Shown piece after piece: positions 26,086 to 34,383 of a stretch of DNA of 34,407 bases (position 1 is the stretch's first letter; each line of letters begins with the position of its first letter). The DNA lies in the IMG/VR virus record IMGVR_UViG_3300031716_000034, positions 1-34,407 of that record. One strand, 5' to 3'. Origin of the DNA: a virus. Taxonomy: Duplodnaviria; Caudoviricetes. The translations under genes and the position numbers were made by a program. Below the pieces are notes generated by a model. It ran no database searches and was not told the DNA's origin. It saw only the letters and a list, made by a program, of their open reading frames with translations.

Positions 26086-28004
26086 CTGGCATCGCTGATG
26101 TGATTGCGCAGGATATGGCTAGCGCCCCGCAAGAGGGCGGAATTTCTGCAGTCATCGCAAAGGATAATGGCGCGCCGCAAGTCCCGGCGTCGGCAGCGGG
26201 CGGCACGGGGGCCGCAGCACCACAAGCCGCTGCCGGGCAACCCGGTACGTTCACGTCCGGTCTGATCGGCTTCGGTAAGGGAGTCGGAAACACGGTCGCG
26301 GGCCTTGAGCAACTGGCCGGGCGCGGTGCGTCTGCTGTCGGTCTGGATCGGATCGGCAATTACCTCAACAACGACGCCAATTGGCAACTCGGGCAGATCA
26401 AGAGCGGCGCGGCATCAGCAGAAGCGGCGCATCCGATCGCAACCGGCGTCGGAAATATCGCCGGTCAGATCGCGGCTACCGCTCCGACGATGTTTATTGG
26501 ACCTGAGGCTGCGGGACTGTCGCTGGCCGGTAAAGTCGGGCTTGGTGCGGCGCAGGGCGCAGCCGGTGGCGTGATGATGCCGGTCGATGACCCAAACGGA
26601 AATTTCTGGACGCAGAAGGCTAAACAGGCCGGTCTAGGGGGCGCCCTTGGTTCTGCTACACCGCTGGTCGCCGCTGGCGCGCGCGCGGTTGGAAATAGCC
26701 TCTGGAACGTTGCGCGTCCGATCGTTCAGCCTGAGCGTTATGTCGGCGAGGGGTTGGCCGGCGCGATGAACCCGGCAGAAGCGGCAACGGCGGCGCAGAA
26801 CATCCGTGGCGCGCAGCAGTTCGTGCCGGGCTCCAATCCGACGACAGCGCAGGTCGCGCAAACGCCGGTCATGGTGCAGACCGAGAAAGCGGCCGGCAAC
26901 ATTCCCGCGTTCAAGACGGCGATGGCACAGCGTGGGATCGACAACAACGATGCTCGCTGGCAAGCGCTGATGGGCGTAGCTGGGACGCCGGCCGATCTGA
27001 CAGCTGCCCAAGCCGCTCGCGATGCTGCCGCAACGCCTCTGTATCAGCAGGCGCATCAGGCAACTGCCAATGTCGGTCCCGCATTCATGCGGTATGCGCA
27101 AATCCCGGAAATGCAGCAGGCCATGCAGACGGCTCAGCAGAACGCCGCCCTCGATGCTGCCGTTGGCCGTGGCGTACCTCCTGTGTGGCCGACGCCGAAC
27201 TCCAATACGATCAACGGCTCTGCGCTCGACTACACGTCCCGGGCATTGGGGGACATGATTGGCGATGCGCAACGAACTGGCGCGACTTCGCGCGCGGCAT
27301 CACTGTCCGCACTGAAAAGCAGTGTCGACAACTGGACGCAGCGCTATATCCCCGGCGTGCAGGCGGCGAAAGACGCTTACGCACAGGGCAGCGTTCCAAT
27401 CAACACGATGGAAGTCGGCCAGCAGATTGCTAACGGGCTCGGTACGCGCGCGATGAACGCTGGAGGCGCTCCTGAAATCCAGATGATGCCGTTCCGCTCA
27501 GCGCTGACGAAGGCGACGAATAGCGGCGATGCGGCTAAGTACGGTATCGACGCGAACGCGCTGCAATCGCTTCAGGGCATCGGACAGGACTTGCAGCGCG
27601 CGACGGTCTCGAACTCAATCAAGTCGCCGGGAAGCGATACGGCGTACAACCTCGCGGCGAATGGCTGGCTCGCGCGGCAGCTCTACGGGCCGACGTTCGG
27701 TGGTGCGGGAAATCTTGGAAAAGCGGCCGGAGCGATCGGCGCCGCGGCGCTAGGTCATCCGATGGTGGGGCTGGGGATTCTCGGCGGTGGCAACAAGGTC
27801 GGCCAGATGGTGGGGAATCGCCTTCAGGACCGGCTAACGGGACTTCTGATGAACCCGGATACCGTTCTGCCGTACCTCGACGCTCGTGCTGCCGCGACGG
27901 CGCAGCCGGTTCCAGGCTCGCTTGTACAAGGGCTCCTGAACTATGGGCGTCCAGCCGCCGTGAACGGGCTTCTTGGCGGCCGACAGAACTCCGGCAATCA
28001 GTGA
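26082..28004 (+). CDS. Large DNA ejection protein
   Basis: 640-aa Ala/Gly-rich; ATGA overlap; last gene of the ejection cluster. Confidence 0.75.
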   Translation: MTGIADVIAQDMASAPQEGGISAVIAKDNGAPQVPASAAGGTGAAAPQAAAGQPGTFTSGLIGFGKGVGNTVAGLEQLAGRGASAVGLDRIGNYLNNDANWQLGQIKSGAASAEAAHPIATGVGNIAGQIAATAPTMFIGPEAAGLSLAGKVGLGAAQGAAGGVMMPVDDPNGNFWTQKAKQAGLGGALGSATPLVAAGARAVGNSLWNVARPIVQPERYVGEGLAGAMNPAEAATAAQNIRGAQQFVPGSNPTTAQVAQTPVMVQTEKAAGNIPAFKTAMAQRGIDNNDARWQALMGVAGTPADLTAAQAARDAAATPLYQQAHQATANVGPAFMRYAQIPEMQQAMQTAQQNAALDAAVGRGVPPVWPTPNSNTINGSALDYTSRALGDMIGDAQRTGATSRAASLSALKSSVDNWTQRYIPGVQAAKDAYAQGSVPINTMEVGQQIANGLGTRAMNAGGAPEIQMMPFRSALTKATNSGDAAKYGIDANALQSLQGIGQDLQRATVSNSIKSPGSDTAYNLAANGWLARQLYGPTFGGAGNLGKAAGAIGAAALGHPMVGLGILGGGNKVGQMVGNRLQDRLTGLLMNPDTVLPYLDARAAATAQPVPGSLVQGLLNYGRPAAVNGLLGGRQNSGNQ

Positions 28005-28058
28005 AAAGATCGCCACGATTCCTAGTTTGACCAGACCGACGAACAGAACGTCGCGCAT
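27834..28058 (-). CDS. Antisense 74-aa single-TM protein (candidate)
   Basis: GGAGG-attc-ATG; MRDVLFVGLVKLGIVAIFSLIAGVLSAAKK...; minus-strand TATAAT at 28095-28100. Confidence 0.45.
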   Translation of the reverse strand: MRDVLFVGLVKLGIVAIFSLIAGVLSAAKKPVHGGWTPIVQEPLYKRAWNRLRRRGSTSVEVRQNGIRVHQKSR

Positions 28059-28068
28059 GAATCCTCCG

Positions 28069-28092
28069 AACCCGCCTCGCGCGGGTTTTTTC
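28069..28092 (+). terminator. Intrinsic terminator after the ejection genes
   Basis: AACCCGC-CTCGC-GCGGGTT-TTTT. Confidence 0.8.
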
Positions 28093-28112
28093 ACATTATA
28101 GGTGATCCGAAA

Positions 28113-29045
28113 ATGTCACTCTGGCAGTGGTCAACGACGCCCGCAAGCAACGCGACAGCCGGCGCGATCAATTGGGCCGAAGGGCAGGCGCCATCAACGG
28201 TCAACGACAGCGCTCGCCAGATGATGGCTGACGTCGCGGCGTGGTTTCAGAGCCCTGAGTGGCTGAACTACGGGCTCACGCCGACGTACCTTAACGCCAC
28301 GCAATTCAGCCTCGCCGGCAACCAGACCGCGCTCTATAGCGTTGGGCGTCGGGTTCAGGCGTTCGTTACCGCTGGCACCGTGTACGGCACGATTAGCGCA
28401 TCGGCCTTCACGTCGCTGACGACTGTTACGGTCGCGTGGGATTCTGGAAGCCTCGATAGCGGTCTCTCGGAGGTCGATGTAGGCATCATCAATCCTGCCG
28501 CGCCGTCGCTGTCCAGCCTCGGTACGCTGTCCCTGAATCCCGGGTCGCGCTCGGTCTCGTCTCTCTCCATCAATGCGCCGTCATGCCCAGCGGGTGCGCA
28601 GGTCTATTTGCTCGGCAATGGCGCCACCACCCCCAGCAAGACGATTCGGGCGTTTAGCGGTGGCCTTCAGGTTTTGAACGATGCAGCTTCGACGGCGATT
28701 GTCCAACTGAGCGACGCAGGCAATCTCACCGTGGCAGGCGTCCTCACGGGCTCCAACCTCACTGCATCGTCCGACGAGCGGCTGAAGACTGATTGGGATG
28801 ATCTGCCCGCTGATTTCATCGACTGCCTTGCGATGCTGAAATGCGGCACCTACACGCGCATCGACAATGGCGAACGCCACGTCGGCGTGGGCGCGCAGTC
28901 GCTGCAAAAGTTCCTGCCAGAAGCGGTGTTGGAGAGCGAGAAAGGCACCTTGTCAGTGGCTTATGGGCATGCCGCCATGGCCGCGTGCGTCGAGTTGGCG
29001 AAAGAAGTCGTGCGTCTGCGCGCGATGCTGGAGCCGGTCAAATGA
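28113..29045 (+). CDS. Tail fibre with a C-terminal peptidase S74 intramolecular chaperone
   Basis: WSTTPASNA..INWAEGQAPSTVNDSARQMMA N-terminal anchor; SSDERLK...GVGAQSLQKFLPEAV...LSVAYG. Confidence 0.85.
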   Translation: MSLWQWSTTPASNATAGAINWAEGQAPSTVNDSARQMMADVAAWFQSPEWLNYGLTPTYLNATQFSLAGNQTALYSVGRRVQAFVTAGTVYGTISASAFTSLTTVTVAWDSGSLDSGLSEVDVGIINPAAPSLSSLGTLSLNPGSRSVSSLSINAPSCPAGAQVYLLGNGATTPSKTIRAFSGGLQVLNDAASTAIVQLSDAGNLTVAGVLTGSNLTASSDERLKTDWDDLPADFIDCLAMLKCGTYTRIDNGERHVGVGAQSLQKFLPEAVLESEKGTLSVAYGHAAMAACVELAKEVVRLRAMLEPVK

Positions 29046-29503
29046 CGCTGCCCGCATCGTTTCCCCTCTCGATGTCGCAGGTCGCGACTGAACTCGGGCT
29101 GACTTTTCCGCTGTCGATGAATCACGCGTGGGTTTTGGCGCTCGCCAACAAAGGGGCACTTCCGGCCAGTTTCAGTGATCTCCTTGGGAAAAGTGGTTCG
29201 TTCAATGGATTGCTGACGGGTAACAACATCGGCGGATCGACAGTGCAGGTCAGTTTCGCTAATGCCCCGATGTTCAATGCCGGATTGAACGTATGCACCG
29301 TAACCCCCGCTCTCACGCAAACGCTTCTTGATTTCAATTCAGTCCCGAGTTACGCGGGAAATCTCAAGTTCACCAACACCACGACCGGCGTAAGCGTGAC
29401 GCTTTCCAATCAGAGCGGCGCCGTGTGGACCGTGAACAGCGCGCCAGCCAATCTGATTCGCCAAGGCATTACCGACAATTTCACAGTTTTTCCTTCCAAT
29501 TAA
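29042..29503 (+). CDS. Tail-fibre-associated (adhesin-like) protein
   Basis: MTLPASFPLSMSQVATELG...SFSDLLGKS N-terminus typical after S74 fibres. Confidence 0.7.
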   Translation: MTLPASFPLSMSQVATELGLTFPLSMNHAWVLALANKGALPASFSDLLGKSGSFNGLLTGNNIGGSTVQVSFANAPMFNAGLNVCTVTPALTQTLLDFNSVPSYAGNLKFTNTTTGVSVTLSNQSGAVWTVNSAPANLIRQGITDNFTVFPSN

Positions 29504-29513
29504 CGGGGAATTC

Positions 29514-29816
29514 ATGGATCCGCATATGACCGCAATCGTTGAATTGCGTGAACGCGTTCGCGCGCTAGATGAGGATGTCGCGCGGCACGATCAGCATTTG
29601 GCCAAGCTCGACGAGACGTGCGCCGAGTTGCGTATGGCAATCGCCACCGTCGCCACGAAAGACGATATCAACAGTCTGCGAGTCGACATAAACGAGAAGT
29701 TCGACCGGCGCCTGACGGACGCCCTCAACGCGATTCCGGCGAAGTGGGCGGCGATTTTCGCTGGTGGCTTGATGATCGTCGAAATCATTTCCCTGTTCGT
29801 CAAGAATCATGGATGA
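29514..29816 (+). CDS. Coiled-coil plus C-terminal TM protein (lysis-associated)
   Basis: Heptad-rich N-terminus; WAAIFAGGLMIVEIISLFV TM. Confidence 0.7.
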   Translation: MDPHMTAIVELRERVRALDEDVARHDQHLAKLDETCAELRMAIATVATKDDINSLRVDINEKFDRRLTDALNAIPAKWAAIFAGGLMIVEIISLFVKNHG

Positions 29817-30021
29817 CGAAATCGCGGAAGCTCGGTTCGAGCTTCTTGGCGATCGGATCGACCATCACGACGCGCGGCTCGATGCGCTCGAAGAAGCCAA
29901 ACGGGCGCAGACCGAGCAGAAACAGCATCGGCACGGCGTGCGCCTCGAATGGATCGTGATTGCTCTCGTCGCGCTCGAAGCCGCTTTCGAAGTCCTCATG
30001 TACTTCCATCCCCATGCGTAA
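29809..30021 (+). CDS. Coiled-coil plus C-terminal TM protein (XhlA-like architecture)
   Basis: RIDHHDARLDALEE...WIVIALVALEAAFEVLMYF. Confidence 0.65.
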   Translation: MDDEIAEARFELLGDRIDHHDARLDALEEAKRAQTEQKQHRHGVRLEWIVIALVALEAAFEVLMYFHPHA

Positions 30022-30379
30022 TTTCTTGCGTCTCTACATGACGGTCAGGAAGCCGCGCAATTTCCTGATCCTGCTGTGCATCTTCATCGGCATTTCGCTC
30101 CTGCTGCATTTCACCGGCCGCTATGACGTCGATTTCGGCGCGACGAACCTGATTCTCTCGATCGAAGCATCAACCGCCAGTGCGGTGCTGATGATGGTTG
30201 CCGAAGAATCGGCCGAGCTTCAGCGTCAGACGGTCGAGTCGCAAGGAAAGATGCTCGCCGCGCTGCTCGCGATCGCCGAGGCCCAGCGCGACATGCTCAC
30301 CGATCACACAGCGCTCCTGCGCGCAATCCGGGAGGCCGATGAACGTCTCCTGAAAGTTCTCACCGGAATGGAGGAATGA
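30014..30379 (+). CDS. Two-TM protein with a C-terminal coil (DUF1003-like; holin candidate)
   Basis: FLILLCIFIGISLLLHF, then YDVDFGATNLILSIEASTASAVLMM. Confidence 0.6.
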   Translation: MRNFLRLYMTVRKPRNFLILLCIFIGISLLLHFTGRYDVDFGATNLILSIEASTASAVLMMVAEESAELQRQTVESQGKMLAALLAIAEAQRDMLTDHTALLRAIREADERLLKVLTGMEE

Positions 30380-30888
30380 TGGATCAAAACCCCGCATGGC
30401 TCGACATGGCGATGAATCTCGCCAAGGAATTCGAAGGATGTCGGCTGGAAGCCTATCCCGATCCAGCATACGGCTGGAAGGTCGCAACGATCGGATACGG
30501 CGCGACCGGGCCTGGCATTTCGATGCATACCGTCTGGACGCAGGCACAAGCGGACGCCGATCTGGCCTACCGCATGAAGGGTATCGGCGCGCACATCGAT
30601 GTACTGGTCACGGTTCCGATCACCGACGAGCAGAAGGGGGCGCTTTGCGACCTCGCATACAACATCGGTACGGGCGCGCTCGGTTCCTCGACTTTGCTTC
30701 GCATGCTAAACGGTCACAACGCACAGGGCGCGGCCGATCAGTTTCTCGTTTGGATCGCCCCGAATAATCCGGCTGTCACTGCGGGTCTGCTCAAACGCCG
30801 ACAGGCTGAGCGCGCGCTGTTCATGGCCGACCCCTCGCAGGAGGCAGAAGCGGGGGAGCCCCAACCTCAACCGGAGGTGTCCGCATGA
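30376..30888 (+). CDS. Endolysin, GH24 lysozyme (no SAR segment)
   Basis: FEGCRLEAYPDP...TIGYG, ALCDLAYNIG, GLLKRRQAERALF. Confidence 0.92.
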   Translation: MMDQNPAWLDMAMNLAKEFEGCRLEAYPDPAYGWKVATIGYGATGPGISMHTVWTQAQADADLAYRMKGIGAHIDVLVTVPITDEQKGALCDLAYNIGTGALGSSTLLRMLNGHNAQGAADQFLVWIAPNNPAVTAGLLKRRQAERALFMADPSQEAEAGEPQPQPEVSA

Positions 30889-31076
30889 ACTCGTCTCCCG
30901 TTTCAACCGGCGCATCCGCTGTCACTGGCGCAATGCTGGGCGGCTGCATCGTCTGGATCTGCCAGGCGGCCAAGCTCCCTGCGCCGCCCTCTGAAGTAGC
31001 TGGAACCATGGGCGCAATCGTCCTGACTGCAGCTCACTACGTCGTCAACCTCATCAACTCACACACCAAGCAGTAA
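30885..31076 (+). CDS. 63-aa two-TM protein (holin candidate)
   Basis: GGAGG RBS, ATGA overlap, two hydrophobic helices. Confidence 0.65.
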   Translation: MNSSPVSTGASAVTGAMLGGCIVWICQAAKLPAPPSEVAGTMGAIVLTAAHYVVNLINSHTKQ

Positions 31077-31101
31077 CCCTCCCACTCTGAAAGGAATCAC
31101 C

Positions 31102-31548
31102 ATGAAGATGCTGCGAATCGCGGCAGGCTTAGCCCTGTCCGCTTGCTTTGTGTTTGCTGGCTGCACCACGGCTCAGCAGGCGTCCGCCTCTGCCAACCTC
31201 GCCAAGCTTCAGGCGATCGTCGTCAACGGCTGCATGGTCGTTCAGCCGACGCTCACCGCTGTAGCTGCGCTCGATCCGGTCGTCGCGGCGGCGGCCACGG
31301 CGAACGGCCTGTTCTGTGCGACCGCGAGCGCCATCACCGTCACTGACGCGCAATCGCTGCTTTCCACTGGTATCCCGGCGATCGAAAAGGCTGTGACCGA
31401 TTCGACGATCGTTCCGGCAAACCAGAAACCGATCATCATGGCCGCGCTCGGCGTGTTCCAGTTGACGGTGCAGAACGCGATGACGGTCTACGGCCAAGCC
31501 GCGCCGGCAGCAACCGCGCCGGCATCGGCACCCGCTGCGAGCCAGTAA
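31102..31548 (+). CDS. Lipoprotein in the lysis cassette (spanin-like candidate)
   Basis: AAGGA RBS; lipobox FAG|C; two more Cys; hydrophobic segment near the C-terminus. Confidence 0.75.
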   Translation: MKMLRIAAGLALSACFVFAGCTTAQQASASANLAKLQAIVVNGCMVVQPTLTAVAALDPVVAAAATANGLFCATASAITVTDAQSLLSTGIPAIEKAVTDSTIVPANQKPIIMAALGVFQLTVQNAMTVYGQAAPAATAPASAPAASQ

Positions 31549-32129
31549 TGACTCCGCGCGCTTTCGCGCTGATTGCGCAAGAGGCCTATACCGCAACGCC
31601 GGACATCGGCGTTGAGGAAAGCGCCTCGCGCGCGATCGTGCGGCAAACCGACGCCGGGCTTGTCGTCGCCTTTCCGGGTTCCGATAACGACGCGTGCTGG
31701 AAAGCCGACTTCGACGTCATTCCAGTGGCCGTGCCCGGTGCGGGAGACGTGCATAGCGGCTTTCTGAGCGCTTGGCGAGCTATCTCTGCGCCGGTGCTGG
31801 CTGCGATCGACGGACGTCCGGTAACGCTTGTAGGGCACAGCCTGGGGGCGGCTATCGCGCTGATGGCAACGATGGACATGGCTCTCGCGGGCAAACCACC
31901 GGCCGCTGTGTATGCCTTCGAGCCGCCACGTGTGAGCCCCGACATGACGCTGCGCACGCTGCTGGCATCCGTACCGCTGCACCTGTTCAAGAACGGCCTG
32001 GACATCGTCCCTGACGTTCCGCTGGGCTGGCAGCATCCCACCTTGTTGACGCACATCGGCCACCCGGTGCTGCCGTTTCCCAACACGCTCGACCACTCGA
32101 TTGATAGAGTGCTCGAAGCGCTTGCCTAA
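31548..32129 (+). CDS. Class 3 lipase (alpha/beta hydrolase)
   Basis: VAFPGS, VHSGF, GHSLG, DIVPDVP and DHS motifs give a full Ser-Asp-His set; TAATG coupling. Confidence 0.9.
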   Translation: MTPRAFALIAQEAYTATPDIGVEESASRAIVRQTDAGLVVAFPGSDNDACWKADFDVIPVAVPGAGDVHSGFLSAWRAISAPVLAAIDGRPVTLVGHSLGAAIALMATMDMALAGKPPAAVYAFEPPRVSPDMTLRTLLASVPLHLFKNGLDIVPDVPLGWQHPTLLTHIGHPVLPFPNTLDHSIDRVLEALA

Positions 32130-32138
32130 GTTGCCGCG

Positions 32139-32414
32139 TCAGGGCTTCTGAAACTGGATCATAGTCGCCTCAGGCCACGGCTGATACGCGTCCTCAGGTG
32201 CCGCATTCAGGTTCGGTGACCAGTAGCTACCTCCCATACCAGTCGAGCCCGCTGACGACCCTGCAGATGAACCGCTGGTCGAGCCAACAGAGGCGGCGCC
32301 GACTGCGCCGTTGTTAGCCGAACCGTGATGGCCGTGGTTGGCGGATGTGTTTCTCGCATAAGTTGGAATGGATACTACGAGCGCGAGAACGCCTGCGGCG
32401 ATGATTTTGTGCAT
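32139..32414 (-). CDS. Small secreted low-complexity protein (moron)
   Basis: GGAG RBS; signal peptide MHKIIAAGVLALVVSIPTYA; H/S/G-rich mature part. Confidence 0.7.
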   Translation of the reverse strand: MHKIIAAGVLALVVSIPTYARNTSANHGHHGSANNGAVGAASVGSTSGSSAGSSAGSTGMGGSYWSPNLNAAPEDAYQPWPEATMIQFQKP

Positions 32415-32479
32415 GATGATCTCCCGAAGGATTATTGGTTATCGGCTGGATGCCGGATGTTCTTGAGCGATGATTAAAA

Positions 32480-32700
32480 CCACTGCGTAAGTCATTGATT
32501 CGTATAGGACGCGTCAGACGTTTTCTGCTGTCAAAAAACTCACCCACAAACGGCTAAAACCAAATCCAGTATTGGGTTTGAGGCGAATTCACGGCACGTA
32601 CATTTCTGAACTCGTGCCATTTGCCGCTCGCCCTTTGTGGGCAACGGTTTGCCAGATGCTGTTCAGTTCCTGTTAAAAATCTGTTCAGAACCAGACCTGT
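32480..32700. other. Putative attP
   Basis: Non-coding region after int; IHF consensus AATCAA-TGAC-TTA on the minus strand (32488-32500); arm-like CTGTT(C/A)A(G/A) at 32659, 32670, 32681 (11-bp period). Confidence 0.65.
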
Positions 32701-33778
32701 TTATCGTGACTTTGATCGGTGCGATTCCCCGGCTGTCCGCATACATTTCTGCCATCGCATCGGTCATGTGCCCCAACAGCGCTTTCGTGTCTACGCCGCC
32801 CTGCGCATCGTACAGACGTTTCGCCAGACTGCGGATTTCATGGAAGGTCGGTGCGTGTTCATCGTCGGGGATTCCGGCCTTGGTGCGCGCATCAGCAAAG
32901 GCATTGCTGATGCTACCCAGCTTGACGTGCGTCCCGGTCTTTGCGCGCCCCTGAGTCCGGACATGATGAATCAGGTATTTGCTGACGACGCCGGTTGACT
33001 TGCATCGCGCAATGACATCGGCGAGCGACATATCGATCGCATCCAGTCTGAGCGCAAGCGGAATCTCGATTTTCACTGACGTCTTCGCTCGCTGCAGAAG
33101 CACGACATCGCCGCGAGAAAACGATCGCTGCCATGTGCCGATAGTCGATCGGTCTTGCCCCGACACGAGCGCGAGCAGCATGGCGTTCTGCAACCAGTCG
33201 GTCACCTCTGGCGCCTTCTCATAGATCGCCTGAAAGGCTTCGAGCGTCAGCCGCTGGCGTTTCGTCTTGGGGCGCGGGCGTTCGGTATTAGCGGCTGGAT
33301 TTGCCGTCATCCAACCCAACGACATTCCGCGCCGGCAGATCGTAATAAGCCGGTTGCGGATCGATTGAGCCCAGCGCTTTTGACCTGATGCGGAAATCGG
33401 TTCGATGAGGTCAGCGACATGCTTCGTCGTAAGCTCGGAACACACAACATCGCCGATCTTGTTTTCAATCGCTGCGTCGATGTATGAGCGCGTCTTCAGC
33501 GTCGATGCCTTCACGCCTTCTGTCGGCATGCGCTTTATCAGATCGGCGATCGTGCTTTCGGTCTCCGTCATGCGCTCGACAAGCCGCTTGGTCGGCTTCA
33601 TTTCCTTCGCCTTGGCGTTTGCCTCGACCACTTCAAAGATAGCCTGCTCGATCGGCATATAGCCGAGGGTGATGGTCTTCTTAGTGATTGGATTCCGCCA
33701 GACGTAATAACCGGGCCGCGGCTCGTGAAGATTCTCCGGCCAGTTCGCGCGGCGCCGGATTCTCGGCCTAGCTGCCAT
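32663..33778 (-). CDS. int: Lambda-type tyrosine integrase
   Basis: MAARPR arm-binding N-terminus; GQDR, FHEIRSL, LLGH and MY catalytic motifs. Confidence 0.95.
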   Translation of the reverse strand: MAARPRIRRRANWPENLHEPRPGYYVWRNPITKKTITLGYMPIEQAIFEVVEANAKAKEMKPTKRLVERMTETESTIADLIKRMPTEGVKASTLKTRSYIDAAIENKIGDVVCSELTTKHVADLIEPISASGQKRWAQSIRNRLITICRRGMSLGWMTANPAANTERPRPKTKRQRLTLEAFQAIYEKAPEVTDWLQNAMLLALVSGQDRSTIGTWQRSFSRGDVVLLQRAKTSVKIEIPLALRLDAIDMSLADVIARCKSTGVVSKYLIHHVRTQGRAKTGTHVKLGSISNAFADARTKAGIPDDEHAPTFHEIRSLAKRLYDAQGGVDTKALLGHMTDAMAEMYADSRGIAPIKVTINRSGSEQIFNRN

Positions 33779-33974
33779 GACCGAAAGCCCTGTGAACGAG
33801 TCTGGATTGCGGCGCCCCGTCACGGAACACGGCATCTTTTTCGACATAGTACGACCGTCCCACCTTAACTGGCGCCGGGTGGATTTTGGCCGCCTTGATC
33901 CACAGGCGCGCCGTGCGGATCGCGGGCGCCGGATCGAAGTTATCTTCAAGCCATTTGTCGAGTCTGACTTTCAT
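33768..33974 (-). CDS. xis: Excisionase
   Basis: MKVRLDKW...TARLWIKAAKIHPAPVKVGRSYYV; overlaps the int start. Confidence 0.9.
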   Translation of the reverse strand: MKVRLDKWLEDNFDPAPAIRTARLWIKAAKIHPAPVKVGRSYYVEKDAVFRDGAPQSRLVHRAFGHGS

Positions 33975-34026
33975 TTCACACCCCATGCATGCCTGGTTGT
34001 AGCAATTATCTGTTCTGCTGCTTCGG

Positions 34027-34383
34027 TCACGCGACTGCCTCTCCAAATAGCGCAATGTCCATCCAGTCCCTGAAAGCTGGTTGCGCCGGCGGACGTGGCG
34101 GATCGAACTTCCTACCTGAGCAATCTGGCTTCGGTTCATCAGGCTCGCTGCCGATCGACCATATCGCCATCTGGCAATTGTTGGTCGCATTAAGCTTCCA
34201 TCCGGAGATTCGTACCTCGCGATCCTGATGCAATTGCTTGGTCGCAACATAGATCGGCGGAACGCTCATGCCGAGATCAGCCGCCGCTTCAAAAGCAGTC
34301 CGCGGCTTGCCGTCTTTCATAAGCTCGAGAAGTCTGGTCACCGTCTTTGGGCCCGAGCGCGACAGATTAGGATTTTTCATCAC
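34027..34383 (-). CDS. Winged-HTH DNA-binding protein
   Basis: LLELMKDGKPRTAFEAAADLGMS...VRISGW; GGAGG RBS. Confidence 0.75.
   Translation of the reverse strand: MMKNPNLSRSGPKTVTRLLELMKDGKPRTAFEAAADLGMSVPPIYVATKQLHQDREVRISGWKLNATNNCQMAIWSIGSEPDEPKPDCSGRKFDPPRPPAQPAFRDWMDIALFGEAVA

Noticed and set aside
33779-33949. N-terminal extension of the integrase in the ORF track
   Set aside because: Overlaps xis in another frame; the typical MAARPR start is at 33778.
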